The translations under genes and the position numbers were made by a program. Positions 1-13,069 of a stretch of 64,000 nt of DNA are shown in pieces (within the stretch, counting starts at the first letter, position 1; each line of letters starts with the position of its first letter). The stretch lies in contig NC_087436.1 in assembly GCF_036321535.1 (NCBI RefSeq), positions 20,896,001 to 20,960,000 of the forward strand. Reading direction: 5' to 3'. The notes beneath the pieces are model-generated. The model ran no database searches and was not told the DNA's origin. It saw nothing but the letters and a program-made list of their open reading frames with translations. The DNA is from Camelus dromedarius (taxonomy: Eukaryota).

Positions 1-1740
1 GACCAAGGGCAAGGTGGAAGAGAGGAGAGTCCAAATGTGCCAAAGAGTTTCAACCAAAGGAATATACCTGAAACCACCTTTAATAAGTATAAAAGCAATC
101 AGCTATGGGACTTGAGAGAGAAACTACGAACAGAGATACAGGGAGGTCATTGGGGAGAATGGTGGTAAGGGGACCTCATAAGCACTAGTATTTGCATGCC
201 AAGTTCCTGCTGGTTAGGTTGACTGCAGAGTCAGACAACAGCATTTTCTTTTCCATGGACACAGTTTGGTTTGGAATGTGATTGTAAGCACAAAGCAAAG
301 TCACACTGTATTATTAATACATCTTTTCCCCAGTGTGGACAAAGTAGAGAGAAACAGATACAGAGAAACTGCAGCAAATCCATCAAAGAGCCTCCCACCC
401 AATTCCCAGCTCCCATGGCAAGCCCGAGGGTGAGACTGAGCGGGTTCAACACTGAGGCGCAACAGGCAGAGACAGAGCAGGTTGGTGATCCTAGACTAAA
501 ACTGAATAGCAGACACATGGATCCCGGCATCCCAGCAAAATCTGATCATAATATCCAAGGAATTTTAGACCTATAGGAATAGAAATTACCTAGTCTTGCC
601 TTCGAAATTTTTACTCAAAGATACAAACTGGAGAAAAGGACAGAGCCAGCTTCAAAATCTAGTCTCCAACTCCCAGTTCAGTGCCGTTTCTCCCACCCTG
701 TCGTGCTTGTCTGAGTTAATGGAAACTGAATGGGTCAAGGTCTCGTTTCTTAGTGGGTCAAGCCGACGGCAGTCCTGGTGAAACCTCCGGCTGGTGCAAG
801 ACTGACCCTATATGGCTCTGTGCCTGGCAGTTTCAAGTGAACGGGAGGCCCACAGCCCTAAATGTCTCATCTGCTTATTTTGGTTTCCTTTGTGTGATAC
901 TGGATCGTGCCTGTTTTCTATAGCCTTAGGAAGCTGATAAAAATTGTACTTTAAGAAAGAAAAATGTATAAAGACTGCTACATAAAGGAACAACCATTTC
1001 ACAAAAAAGATTTTTCAAAAATTAGTTTGCAGATGATGAGTTTGCTAAATAATCTTGAAATACTTTCAGCTGGGCCTGAATCAGCTTCAGACTATTAAAA
1101 AGGAATGACTGAATGTAACATCATCTCCCCAAGTACTGTGTTGATAAAACCCATCTATTCCACACGATGGGCAGGGCAAACTACTCTTGGATAGCTGTGT
1201 ACCCCGAAAATGCAAGGAAAGTAAAAAGAGGCTTAAATGATCTGCCTCTTTAATTAGATAAGTCAAATAATGATAAGTGTAGAAGAATCTTGAAATGCTT
1301 CCCTCCTTCTGTAATGCAGCTTTCACCAGAATGAGACAAAGGAAGGAAAGACAGTGGGTTTTTGCAAACAGCTAAGTTTCTCCTGATTTTAAACATCTTA
1401 TTCCCAGGCAGCAAATGTTATTTCATTTAGGAAACATGGAAGGTAAGCGATAGTAGACGTATTTTTTAATGTTATACTTGGCAAAATAATAACACTAACA
1501 TTTCCATTTAATAGTAATGTAACTTCTCTGACTTTCAATTTCCTTATCCATAAGGGCAATGATAATCATTGTCCCATCACCCTCCCAGAGGTATTGTGAG
1601 GATCAATTAAAATAATGAATATAAGAGTAATGTAAATCAATTTATCACTTAAGTATTTAATATATACTCATCGATTATCATTATTGTTATGGCAACCAAT
1701 TAACTGTGTACTGTAAGCAAAGTGAAGCAATGGAAACTTC

Positions 1741-2220
1741 CTAGTTGAGAAGATGAACAGAAATGTATTCTACTCCACAGAACTCCGTAACTCCATTGGT
1801 GGGGTAAACGCTGCTGAGCAGTTTGAGTTAAAGGTCATCTGGAAAAGCTTCATGGAGTTCATGCAATCTGGAAATGTTTTGGATTTGTCTGTAGAGGTAG
1901 GAGAGAGTGTGCTTTTCCACTGATAGAAACTCAAGTGGAAAGACAAAGAGACAGAAATAAGCAAACGTATAGTGGGGGATGGTGAAGGACTGGTCTGGCT
2001 GAAGGAGGAAGTTCAGTATCAGGAGAGAGACGTGGGAGGTAAATTTCGTTACATTCATTGAAGTCAACTGATGATGGGCACTGAAAGCCAAACTCGGGCA
2101 TTGGTACCTGGCCTGGAAAACAATTCGGGATCGTGGACAGTTCTGATGTTGGAGAGGAAAAAAGTGGCACGTGGAAAGTGATGCCTATGTACGTATTTAC
2201 CATATCGGACATGGAGTCTC
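1741..2220 (-). pseudogene. Probable last coding exon (DSMSDMVNTY...PDTELPPSARP / FPLEFLSVEKHTLSYLYRQIQNISRLHELHEAFPDDL*LKLLSSVYPTNGVTEFCGVEYISVHLLN-stop)
   Basis: Acceptor catgttttag in frame with ORF 1931..2212; a frameshift leads into ORF 1828..2091; TAG at 1743-1741. Confidence 0.58.
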
Positions 2221-2381
2221 CTAAAACATGAGTGTAAATGAAGAACCTGTGGAGATCTCAGGGAGCCTCACCTTTATGAGACAGAATGAGAAATGTATAC
2301 AGCAAAAGTGTCTATTAAGGATCTAAGAATCAACTGATCAAGGAATACAAAGGGAGGAGAGAGTTCAAATAAAGCATACAC

Positions 2382-2678
2382 CATAGTTTAAATTATATTA
2401 GAATTTTTCCCAAGGTCACTAGAACCTCAATCACTTTTGCAAGATACAAAATTCTATGCCCAGTCCTCATACACAAGCCAAACCAAAAAACTCTTGATCT
2501 TTAACTTCTTTGGTGTATTTTTCCAATAAATATATTCTCCAAAATACCATTTATTTATTCAGATAAACAAATATATAAACGTTGCTAGGATCTTTCTTCC
2601 TAGAAGAGTATTTAGAAAAGACACAACGAAAAACTAAATTGTCATTTTTCTGTCTTTTCATCTCATTTAATCCTTTAA
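2382..2678 (-). pseudogene. Penultimate pseudo-exon with weak chromo-like start (VKGLNEMKRQKNDNLVFRCVFSKYSS)
   Basis: Acceptor ttatttgaaag, donor G|gtgtat (or gtatgc), 297 nt, phase 1-1. Confidence 0.5.
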
Positions 2679-3378
2679 CTTTCAAATAATGGGAAATAGC
2701 AGGTACAGCAGCAGAAGCACAAGGCAGGAAGTCAGAACACCTGAGTTCTTGTCCCAGTTCTGCCACTAATTAGCTGAGAGGGAAAAATCATTTAATCTTT
2801 CCATGTCAGTTTCCTCCTTTTTAAAATTATGAGGTTAAACAAGTTAATCTCCAAGGTTTATTTTTAAATTATAGGGTTAAACAAGTTAACCTCTAAGATG
2901 TTTCTTCCCAGCTTTAACATTCCCTGATTGTAATTTCTTAGTCTTGGGACACTGGAGTGAGTTTTGGACTACCTGGTCTAGGCAGACCTAGATAAAATTA
3001 CTTTGGGAAAAAAGAAATAAAGCTGTCTATAAAACTTTGGGGAACAGGATCTGTTTTTTCACTTTTGTATAAAACTATTTTTACAGATTGGTTTCAAGAT
3101 GACTCTGGAGATGAAACCCATGGAATTGTCTGTTCTCAATAAAATAAAGTACTAAATCTCATTTGAATCTATGGAGTAAAACGCTAAACAAAAGAAAGAA
3201 TATTTAAAATAAGATAAAGTACAACATATAACCCCTCACCTCTGTGAGACATATAGAGCCCTTGTTTCTATAAATATTGTTTAGAGTGCATTTTTTCATT
3301 AAGGATATATGCATGTAAGCATGTGTGTGTGAATACACATGTATACATGTCCATGTACAGAAACTGAACACATACGCA

Positions 3379-3410
<32 letters not shown>
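3379..3410 (+). repeat. (GT)n(GA)n compound microsatellite
   Basis: Visible tract. Confidence 0.9.
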
Positions 3411-3913
3411 AAGTGTGATGTGCACATATTATAGAAATTAAGTCCAAGAGTATCCTTTATTCTTTGGTGATATGAGACCCAGCAAACTCCAAACTTTATT
3501 TGGTATTTTATTTATTATTTATTCTCTTTTTAAGAGAATTGTGGTCACTAATAGGTTTAATTCTACTCAGAAACATCAAGTCACTTCAAGGGTTTATAGT
3601 TTGGGGGTCAAATATCTAATTGATGGTTTACCTTACTTTAAAGAGAACTTAATGTATTTCCCAAATTTAGACTCAAGAATATATCTAATGCTTGTTAGCC
3701 CCTGGGAAATTATTACAGGGCTATGACCTAACCTAACATTCAGGGGTTATAGTTGATAACAAATTGAATTAAGAGACGTACTTCCATTGTTACTTGGGTG
3801 GTTCTTGTGGTTGTTATTATTTAAAAAAATAAACATGATACCAAAATGTTTAACCTAGAGCCAAAGTTTGTAGGAACTAAAAGATAAACATCCAAACATA
3901 TTTATCACATTAC

Positions 3914-4729
3914 TTTCCTGATGTTGGAGGCAGTGCGGGACTGTGCAATTTAAATTGGCCTAGGTGATTTCATCAGAGTCAGAGGAAGTAGCTGCAGACA
4001 TCTGTGGAAAAGAGAGAGAAACAAATTTGTGAGCCAGAGCTTCCTGTGCCTCAGCCTTGACACACTCAGGTCATGGTCAGAGTTCATGGGCGTTTGGGGA
4101 TATTGATCGCCTCAGTCCTTCTGGCAGGCAGTTGTGCCTGAAGCCTTTAGTAAGTCACCTCTGGCCTCAAACAACTCCAACCACCTACCCCAAGGTGCTG
4201 TACAAATCTCACCATTTTCTAGGTGCCCCATCTGCAGAGGGTTGGGGTGTACTGGTTCCATCTATACTTGAGAAATATAAAGGACAATGCCAAAGCCCAT
4301 ATTCAGAAGATAAACGAAAAAGATCATTTAAATAAACATCTGTTCCATCTCCTTCCTAACATCTGAATGTTCTGAACATCTATTGACATCAGGTAAAGGT
4401 GCATTTGGGTTAGCTCCTAGGTGTCCAAAGTCACCAAATGCTACATCGTGAATGGTGGCACCAGCTGCTTTCATCACTGCACAGTGAGGACACCACAGAT
4501 GCATCTCCCAGATGATTTGTGCACATCCACATGAAGACATCAAAGAAAGCAAGGCTCTACCATAAAGCATCCTATGAGAAAGAAGTTGCTGAAGAGATGT
4601 GCACTGAAATCTCGCCTTGGTGAGGGCTGCAAGCCTCATCAGCTAGTAACTGGAACTCTGATAGGGACTTGTCGGAGAGTAGTGAGAAGGGTGAAGCTCT
4701 GACTTGTTTTCTAGTTACACACTAGTATC
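3914..4729 (-). pseudogene. Candidate large degenerate Ser-rich pseudo-exon
   Basis: Acceptor ctacattctcag, possible donor gtaatg; contains listed ORF 4328..4639; no transposon recognised. Confidence 0.35.
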
Positions 4730-5916
4730 CTGAGAATGTAGGACACTTGTTATAACGATTACATTACAAGAGCACATTTTTCCATTTCTAAATCATAAAG
4801 ATTTATGAAGCTGTGTGGTCATGCCTTGTAGCTGATGTTTCCAATGAAGAATAATCTAATTTCCCAGTGAAAATCACACTGATGTGACCTAGAGACATTT
4901 CTGTTTTGTCACAACAGCATTTAATTTGAACTGAAATTAGCCAGAATTACACCATGTTCCTGGCAAACAGTATGATCCAAAAATATCACCATAGTAACAT
5001 GTGTATTCTATCAACAAGTTCCCTTTCATATTTTTTAAGGACTCATTCTATCAATAATTCTGAAATGCATGAAAAAAATTGTTTTGGAACACCAATCTGT
5101 TGCTGTAAGGTATTTGTAACTCAATTTCAATGGCATATAGGGTTTAAAAATATATATATTTCCCTTTACTTCAGGAAACATTTACTTGCTCATTAGGCCA
5201 GATCAACTTTGCAGATGTAGTGAGAGCTCCCAGAGATGTTTTATATGACCAAGTGCTGAAATTCGTTTTCTTTTTACTATTTCTTTCATCACCTTCTAAG
5301 AAATTACATGTTCATTCCAAGGAGTTAGGTCTCAACTGACCATGGAAAGGTAATTTTTTAAAGTTTGCTTCTTTAAGCTAAGAGAAGTCATAGAGGAAAC
5401 TGAAAGTTCATATTCTCAAAGAGGTTTTAGTTCTCACATGAGCAGTTGAAAGCGAAATCTCTTTTGATTTTATAGGTATATATACAGATATGAAATGGTT
5501 ATAATTGGCCCTTCATAGGTTTAAAGCAGTTCATTTCCTCCCTTCATCAGCTAGGTTTGTTACCTGTTTATAGAAGTAACAATTTGTACAGGGATGAATT
5601 TGAAAAATGACAATTAAATTTATTACAATGCCCTGGGTTGATGGTGGGTGGCTAAAAGAGTCTGAAGCCAAGGAAGAGGGGAAGATGGAGGAGATGGGGG
5701 GGGTGATATTTCAATGCCTTTGATTGTTACACAAAGGACATTGTATAAATAACAATTGAATTTTAAAGGAAAAAAAAAACACTGATTTTCCTAAAAAAGG
5801 AGTGACAGTTGTATAATGCTGAGAGCCAGTGCTTGTGGGTGAAAGACAGATAATGACAACAGAGGATGGGAAGTCAGTCCATCAGGCTATGACTTGGTAA
5901 AAGTTTGAAATGCTCT

Positions 5917-6493
5917 CATGTGAAGTAATGGTCTGTGGTGTTAAGATCATGTGTGAACACTTCAGTGTTTCCGTGCATAAGAAGCTTCAGCTTGATACCA
6001 TTAGGAGTGAAAAAAGGACTATTTTGGATAAAAAGATCGCCTGATTCACCAAGCCCGGGATACGGCATGTGAAGCAATGAACTTTTCAAAGATGTTAGCT
6101 TTATCTTTATGTTTTGTCCCTGTCAGTAGATTAATGATCTAGAAAGCAAAACAGTATATGCAAAGTCATTTGTTTTTCAGTTAGACTTGAACTCAGCTAT
6201 CTTGCAACTCTATGCTGGCATTTTCACTTAGAACAACATCCTTCGTGAGCTCAATGGCCTCATTTGAAATAACTTCTTGTTTGTTTCTCTCTGTTTGTGT
6301 TTGTTATCTTTCTGGTTGCTTGTCTCTTGTTCCATTAAGTTTATAGCAATGAGGACAGTGACCCATATTTTATTTCCTTTAGCAGAATTCTTCTTTATTC
6401 TTTGATAAACAGTCATTCATATCTTGTGGGAAATTTTGACATAGCGAGACAGGACCACTTTTTGTTTAAACCACGACAACAGGAAGAGCTGCT
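5917..6493 (-). pseudogene. One or two pseudo-exons (AALPVVVV*TKSGPVSLCQNF...HCPHCY...; QGQNIKIKLTSLKSSLLHMPYPGLGESGDLFIQNSPFFTPNGIKLKLLMHG)
   Basis: Acceptors ctttaccag (exon start 6493) and tttgctttctag (6138); long near-open frames; donors unclear. Confidence 0.5.
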
Positions 6494-6499
6494 CTGGTA

Positions 6500-7210
6500 A
6501 AGCGTTAATTTACTCAACAGCTGTTTAGTTAATGACTATGCTGTGCTAAGTATTGTGCGTGTCAGTGGACAGACATGTGAGAGCAAATAGACAAGGTTCT
6601 GCCCACTGAGACAGACAAACAAACACATAGCAGGGTTTCTAATGATAAATATTGGTAAAGGTCATAAATAGGGGATAGGCCTAGGATGGGATGTAACTGG
6701 GGTGCTAGGAAAGGTCTCCCTAAGAGTTAATCTGATAATTGATGATTAGTCAAAGCTAGTCAAAGAGAGTAGGTGTGATGGTGGTTGGTGAAGAGATTGT
6801 GAGGAGGAAGAGACAGAAATCGGTATTATAAGGAATTAGGGGAGAGTTGCAAGAGTTGAGGTCAAAGGGATGGGCAGGGTTCAGAACCAGAAAGGTCCAA
6901 CAGGTCTTAATAAGAGTTTGAATTTTATTCTAAGAGTGATGTGACTGAAGAACTGTGAGAGTGACACAATGTGATCTACTTTCCAAAAATCACTCTGGCT
7001 ACTCTAAGGAATAGATTAGAAGGAAGCATGAGTAGAGAGAAGAAAACCCAGTTAGAAGACTATAGTCCAAGCCAGATAGTATGGTAATCTTGCTTGGAGA
7101 TGTGACAGAGAAGGTGGAAGTAAACAGCTTTGAGATATATTTTCGAGGTAAATCAATAGAACTTGAGACAATAGATCTGGGAAGAAGAAAGAGCAAAGAT
7201 TACACTCTGG
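6500..7210 (-). mobile_element. L2 LINE fragment (continues about 7745-8050 and 8570-8700)
   Basis: Reverse-complement L2 3' end and purine-rich body, split by LTRs. Confidence 0.65.
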
Positions 7211-7215
7211 TTTCC

Positions 7216-7741
7216 TGCAGTGGTAGGCAGCCTCCTACATGGCCCCCAATATTCCCTACCTCCCAGCATTCACACCCTTGTGTCACTGCCTTCCACACTG
7301 TAATAGGGTTGGTCTTTGGGTCCAACAGAATATACCAGAAGTGATGTCATGTGACTTCCAAGGCAAGGTCATAAAAGACATTGTAGCATCTACAATGTTC
7401 CTCCCTCTTGGATCACCTACTCTGGCATAAGGAACACTACAAACAGGCCCCTCTGGCAGAAAACTGAGACTTCCTGCCAATAGCCATCGAGAAACTAGGG
7501 CTTCTTGCTAAAATCCACATGAGGGGCACAGCTTGGAAGAAAGTCTAGGCCTAGTCAAGCTGTCAAATGACAGTAGCCCCAGCCAACATCCTGAACTGCA
7601 ACTTCATGACAGATTTCAAGCCAGAACCACCCAGCTCATCTGCTTCTGTACTCCTTACCCACAGAAACTGGGAGATAAATTGTTCTTTTAAACCACTAAA
7701 TTTTGTGGTAATGTGTTACACAGCAGAAAATAAGTAATGCA
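7216..7741 (+). mobile_element. MaLR solo LTR (MLT1E/F-like)
   Basis: Start gtggtaggcagcctcctacatggcccccaa; end ttttgtggtaatgtgttacacagcagaaaataagtaatgca. Confidence 0.8.
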
Positions 7742-8050
7742 TTTGCTTAAGCAATTGGAATGGTGTTTGCTAGCTGCTAAACATTAGGAAAGAAATAGAT
7801 GTGCAGGGGAAGATCAAGCATTAGTTTAACCCATATAGACTGTGTATTCCTCAAAATATTCTAGAGTTGATGCAATGGATAGAACAAAATAAATGAAAAT
7901 GGAATTCAGAAATCTGATCCAAGCTAATGATATAAATTTGGGATTAATAAGCTTATAGATGATCATTTCAACCACAAGAAAAGGTGTGATCACCTAGGGA
8001 GAGTATGACATATTAAGAGAGAAGAGGATCTAGGAACCCCAGAATCTAGA

Positions 8051-8568
8051 TGTCTGTATATTTACACTCGTTTTGCACCATTCTGGCTCATTTGACTTCC
8101 CTCTTACTCCAGTCATTGTCACCATGACTGATTCCATGCACCCCACTACAGTCTTTGCACAGGTGCAAGCTGACACGACCTCTTGGTGGCCCACACTGGA
8201 ACATCTCTGCTGCGCTGCCTGGAATACTCTTAGGAACCACTCAGCACTCATGCAAATGTAATCTGGAAGTCAAGAGCATCTATTGCCCACGGGGCCCCCA
8301 ATGGGAGATCAAGAGATGATGGATAAATGTGTTCTCATTGCATTCCCAGCCAGATAGTTCTGAGATGCATTTCATAAGGTTTCTCAAAAGCTCCTGCAGG
8401 ATTTAGAACTAATTTCCTGAAGTGGTGGCCAGCTCATTTTTGGCACTGGTTTTCCCTCTTTTCCTTTTGCCCTCTCCTGTCTCTTACCCTTGTTTCTTAG
8501 GATCATGGCCCAAATAAACTATCTGCCTGCAAGCTTTTATCCCCTTTTGGGAAACTCAGGCTAGGATG
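8051..8568 (+). mobile_element. ERVL solo LTR (LTR16-like)
   Basis: gttctgagatgcatttcataaggtttctca ... cccaaataaactatctgc ... ggaaactcaggctagga motifs. Confidence 0.7.
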
Positions 8569-9333
8569 GTCTAGTAGGAAAGGACCAGCTGAGTCAGCTC
8601 AGTAGATGCTAAAGGAGAAGCCAAAGTGGTAGAAGGAAACCAGAAAATGAGCATAACAAATGCCAAGAGAAAACGAGAGGTCAACGATGTGGCACAGTAC
8701 GGAGACGACCAGTCAAACGAACCAAGTGGCACAACACTTTACTTTTCGTCCAATGTTCACATCACTGGGCCTTCCAAGCAGTTCTGTGAGGTAGGCAAGA
8801 CCAGTGTTATTTTTCCCAAGGTCGGGGGAAGGTGAACACATCCAGAAAACTGACGTGATGGGCCCAAGTTCGTGCAACGAGGGTCCACACGTTTTGACTT
8901 CAGTTCGTTTACTTCACGAACCATTGCTTATACCATGGTTGTTGGACATCAGCTTTACTGAGCACGGGTAAACTTGATCATTTAAAATATAAGACTTTAA
9001 CTGCAGACACATGTTGGCAATATACAAATACTTTAAATTCTAGAAGTTCTCTGAGAAATTTTATATTGTAGAAAATTGGAGATTTTTTTAAAGGGCTTAA
9101 TTCTGACAAAATAATCATAAGGTGTTACAAACTGCAACAATTTTATAGCTACTAAAAATTCACCTAATAAAAGTTGTAGGAAAGCAAAAGGAAACACTAC
9201 CAGACTCTTGCTAAAGACTGAGTCCCTGTCAGCCAGAGCATTATTACATATCGCAACACTCCATTATTTGAGAATAGCTTTAGGCTAAGGAAATCAGTGG
9301 AATAATTTGAAAATCTGGATTATAGCTACTCAC

Positions 9334-9418
9334 ATAATTGTTGGGATTTGGGGGTGCCCAGTAAAGGATGGCCCTTTTCCTCGCCTCAGTTTTGAACAAT
9401 TGCCTGAATTCTGAGTAT
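9334..9418 (-). pseudogene. 85-nt pseudo-exon (YSEFRQLFKTEARKRAILYWAPPNPNNY)
   Basis: Strong acceptor ctcctctttcag and donor TAT|gtgagt; phase-2 start matches the previous exon; open frame. Confidence 0.68.
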
Positions 9419-10339
9419 CTGAAAGAGGAGTCAGCAGTTGGAGATGAGTATGCCAACTTGATGCAACAGCTAAGTTAGAGGACAGGGCTTAGATATGCAG
9501 TCCATGGTTGGTTTGTTCATTTGATCATTTGTTCAGTTCACCAGTCATGCCTCCACCACACTAAATCTTGGCTTTGTGAAAATATGTAACTGTACCTAGA
9601 ATTGCTGAATTGGATGGTTTAGATAGGAAAGAAAAGAAATACCCAGTATACACGGCCTTTTAATAGCCTTATCTTTTTGATTAAGAAATGCTGACTAAGA
9701 GATGTCATCTGCCAATCAAAGGGAGGAATGGACAAGGAGGAGGAGTGTGTAAGGGGCAGGACAAAGAACCAGGAGTGCTGCTCTATTGAATGATATTCCT
9801 TCCAGTGACAAATGCGGAGCCCAGGCTGGCCCTGGTCACCTAGAGCTCTGTTCTGCAATGAGAGGGTCAGGCTGGAAGGAAGCATGGACACAAAGATACG
9901 ATGGCATGAAAAGTATGACGGGGCTCATAATGGAAGCGTGATTTGGATGCACAACTACTGCACAGGCAGAAACACACACAGGATGATCTGAGAATACATA
10001 TTTCAAGTCCTATCAGGTGGCTAGCTTACTAGGTGAGGGTCCCCGGCTTTGCTTCCTTCATGTCAATAAACATCCCCCGGACATGCTTATATCCCATACT
10101 TTTCAATATCAACAAGACACATCAGCTTGAAAGAGTCAGGTCTGTGAAACTCCATTTTCAGGTAACCAGTTCTGATATTCCAGAATAGACACTGAATTAA
10201 TCCTAGCTAAGCCTTTGTTTATCAGAACCAAACTTTTTTTATACAAAAATTTTTTTGTCTTTTTTAAAACAAATTAAGTCTTTTACCTGACTTTAGAAAC
10301 TGCACAGTGTTCCTTGCAACAAATACAACAGAAAGTTAC

Positions 10340-10744
10340 CATAAAAAGGGGTTGGGACGGATGAAAACATCCGGGAAATATCAGAACAAATAATGGAAAT
10401 AAGGAAAACCATGTGCAAAATCCACTCTTCACCTTTCATAATTAACAATAAAGCCAATGAGAACTGAAGACACTCTATCGCTTTATGCATGCAATGAAAC
10501 ACAAACCAAGCAAAAGATTTCTTCCTATAGAATTTACAGTGTTGTTCCTTAAGTTTCATGAGCAGTATTTCAACTTCAAAGAAGACATACTCTTGATGAT
10601 CATCTTTGAAGCAAACAGCATATTCCAGCTCCCCAAATTAGTAATGCCAACGTTTAGAATATGTTTGATAGTTTCACCGTTTCTTTCTCTGGCTACATTC
10701 CGAGGCAACCTAGGTAGACTGTGCAGATCATTTTCGCGAAAAGA
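10340..10744 (-). pseudogene. Pseudo-exon with the best chromo/chromo-shadow-like domain (TIKHILNVGITNLG/ELEYAVCFKDDHQEYVFFEVEILLMKLKEQHCKFYRKKSFAW)
   Basis: Acceptor tattttcttctag, donor TG|gtaact; one frameshift in a G run joins the domain halves. Confidence 0.7.
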
Positions 10745-11192
10745 CTAGAAGAAAATATACACGTGGATGCCTAAACATAATGGAGGAAAAATGCCAGGGT
10801 AATCTCCAAACCAGTAAAAATTGTGATTATTGTTAAGAATCTGTTCCTGGGATTTTTTTTCCGGTCTTTAGAATTTCAACACTCAGAAATATAATCCATG
10901 GATTTCAAATCTGCCATAGTTCTTTGATGAAAGAATGGATTTCATAAATCTGTGTTTATTAACCACATTGTGTTTAAACAAAAAACCTTCCATGCACATA
11001 AACACCCAAAGAGTTGTTTTTTTGGCTGGTGGTGGGTGATGTGTGCTGCCCTCACTACCCCTGTCTGTACCCCAGATGGCTGTTTTCTAGTGAGTATCTG
11101 ATAGAGAAAGGCTCTGGCTGTCAGGATTTTACAATTGCCAGATAGTCTAATTAATAATTAGGAGTCGAAGACGATGAGCAAGAATGTTTTAC

Positions 11193-11565
11193 TTAAACCA
11201 TTTTGCAGAATATTTTGTGTATAAACTGAGTGATTCTTTCTGAGCACTTTATCTGACAGCTTGCACTTGATTTCCAAGCAGGGCTGGGTAGTCGCAGGCC
11301 AGTGAACTCAAGACCTGGTTCTGTTCCCCGTGGTCGGTGTGCCCAGGGCTCAGGACACGATGTAGGTAGCGGTGCTCTGCACCGAGTGGGCTCACAATTC
11401 CTGCTTCCTGAAGACATCTTCTGCATTTCTCAGCATGCAGGTGCAAAATTGCCAGCTGAGCTCTAGTGATAGGATATTCTTTTATACCTTGCTCTGGTTT
11501 CAGATTAATCGAAAACTATTCATTCCCACCAGGAACCCTACATTTGACCTCATTCTGAAGGAAAT
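11193..11565 (-). pseudogene. Pseudo-exon of about 124 codons with two stops (DFLQNEVKCRVPGGNE*FSINLKPEQGIKEYPITRAQLAILHLHAEKCRRCLQEAGIVSPL...)
   Basis: Acceptor gagttttcag, donor gtaaaa; near-open frame. Confidence 0.65.
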
Positions 11566-12036
11566 CTGAAAACTCTTTCAAACATGGCCCCTGACTTAAA
11601 AAAAAAAAATCTACAAACCAGTGTTGGGGAAGACTCTTAAATAGAGCAGAGAGTGACAGAATTGCCATTCATCTGTATGTACTGTACTGACGGCAAAAGT
11701 AATTGCTTACGCTTACTGAGCAGTTTTTATGGACTCTGTGTTACTAGCTTTATATACGGTATTTTATTTCATCTTCACACCCACTCTCTTAGACAGGTTT
11801 TATCATTATCCCTGTTTCACAGGTGAGCAACCAAGACTGGTAGGAGTAATCCTGCCTGAAGTCTTTCTACTGAGAAACACAAAGCAAAGACTAGAACGTA
11901 AGCTTCTCTGACTCCTCTGCCCATGCCCTCAGCTATGGGGGATGGAGACCAGCAGGGGCGAGGGAGAAGATGCTGGGGTCCTAGGTAAGCAGAGCCCAAA
12001 GAGATTTCACATCCAAGACTCAAAGTCCAAACCCAC

Positions 12037-13069
12037 CGTTGGCTGGGAGAGGCAAGGTCAGGGCCAGGCCATTGTGAACTGGGGCTCGGTTCTGGGCCAT
12101 TTGGTTAAAAGAACTTAAGCCCTGAGGAGGCAATACTGAGGACAGAAGCGTCGACTGGCCCCTGAATGTGTGGAGAGAAGGGAAAGAAAGGCCAGGAGCA
12201 GCAGGGACGACACACTTGGCCATCTCCTCAGGATCCTCAGACCGTGGAAGCAACAGGCCAGTGCGATCTTGATGTCATCCCCACCAGAACTGAATGGACT
12301 GAGCAGTCTCTCAGTGAAACAGAGTTGTAATCCTAGCTGATGACTCTCTCTCTCTCAACTGTACAGTCGGTATAAAATGTGTTCTACACCAGAAAAAAAA
12401 ATGAAATGAAGGCTTTTCAAATGTGGTGCGAGCTCCTTTTTATAACTGAAGGTATTTTAGGACAGGAGATTGATTTTTCAAGGCCCTGTGAAAGTGGACC
12501 ATCTTCATAAACTTCTCTCAAGGAAAATACTCTGGGGAATCATAGGTCTGTGGGCCAGTTCCCTCCTTCTTTATCACCCTGGGCCTGAGTACATTAAAAA
12601 CCTGCCTTGCTGTCTCTTATACTGCATTAGAGGCATTCCAATAGCTAAAAGATTAAATGCTTTTTTTCTGCTGCAATCTCCTCTCTTATCTCTAAACTTT
12701 CTTTCAGAAAGCTATAGCTGGCTTTGCAAAGTAACATTTCCAACGCTGCGAGGTTTTCCCTTCTTACATAATGCAAAATCAGTGAGATCATTTAGCTAAT
12801 GCATTTAATCCACTAATCCAAGTGATGTTGCTCTGAGCATGTTCAGGGTTTGAGGAGATATTTGTTCATCGCAAGGGATTATGCTTTATGTCTTGTGCTT
12901 GCTTGTAGACTGTGCTTCAGAGACGCCGAGAGAAGTGGGGTTTGTAGGGTAAGCCTTCCTGAATGTTAGGACTATCTGGTGGGAGCTACAGAGTCCAAGG
13001 TGCTTATCTGTGGGTGGCATTGACAGTGGGAGCCCTTTCATTAGACACAGTCAGATTTACCACTACATT
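12037..13069 (-). pseudogene. Large degenerate pseudo-exon, probably a low-complexity linker (ends ...VHNGLALTLPLPAN)
   Basis: Acceptor ttccgtgctttccag, donor ACG|gtgggt in phase 1 matching the next exon; many internal lesions. Confidence 0.5.

Noticed and set aside
231..576. Overlapping ~100-aa ORFs on both strands
   Set aside because: No recognisable domain or splice framework; probably chance.
2818..2897. Short tandem duplications (also 22492-22541 and 41221-41261)
   Set aside because: Two-copy local slippage duplications, mostly within transposons; not an array.
10525..10590. 66-nt intron (gtatgt...ctatag) splitting the 10.7-kb exon
   Set aside because: It is very short for a mammalian intron, and read-through is open and completes the chromo-like domain.
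10485..10748. Plus-strand ORFs here and at 12470-12799, 18720-19208 and 27599-27814
   Set aside because: They are antisense shadows of the minus-strand pseudo-exons; splice signals favour the minus strand.
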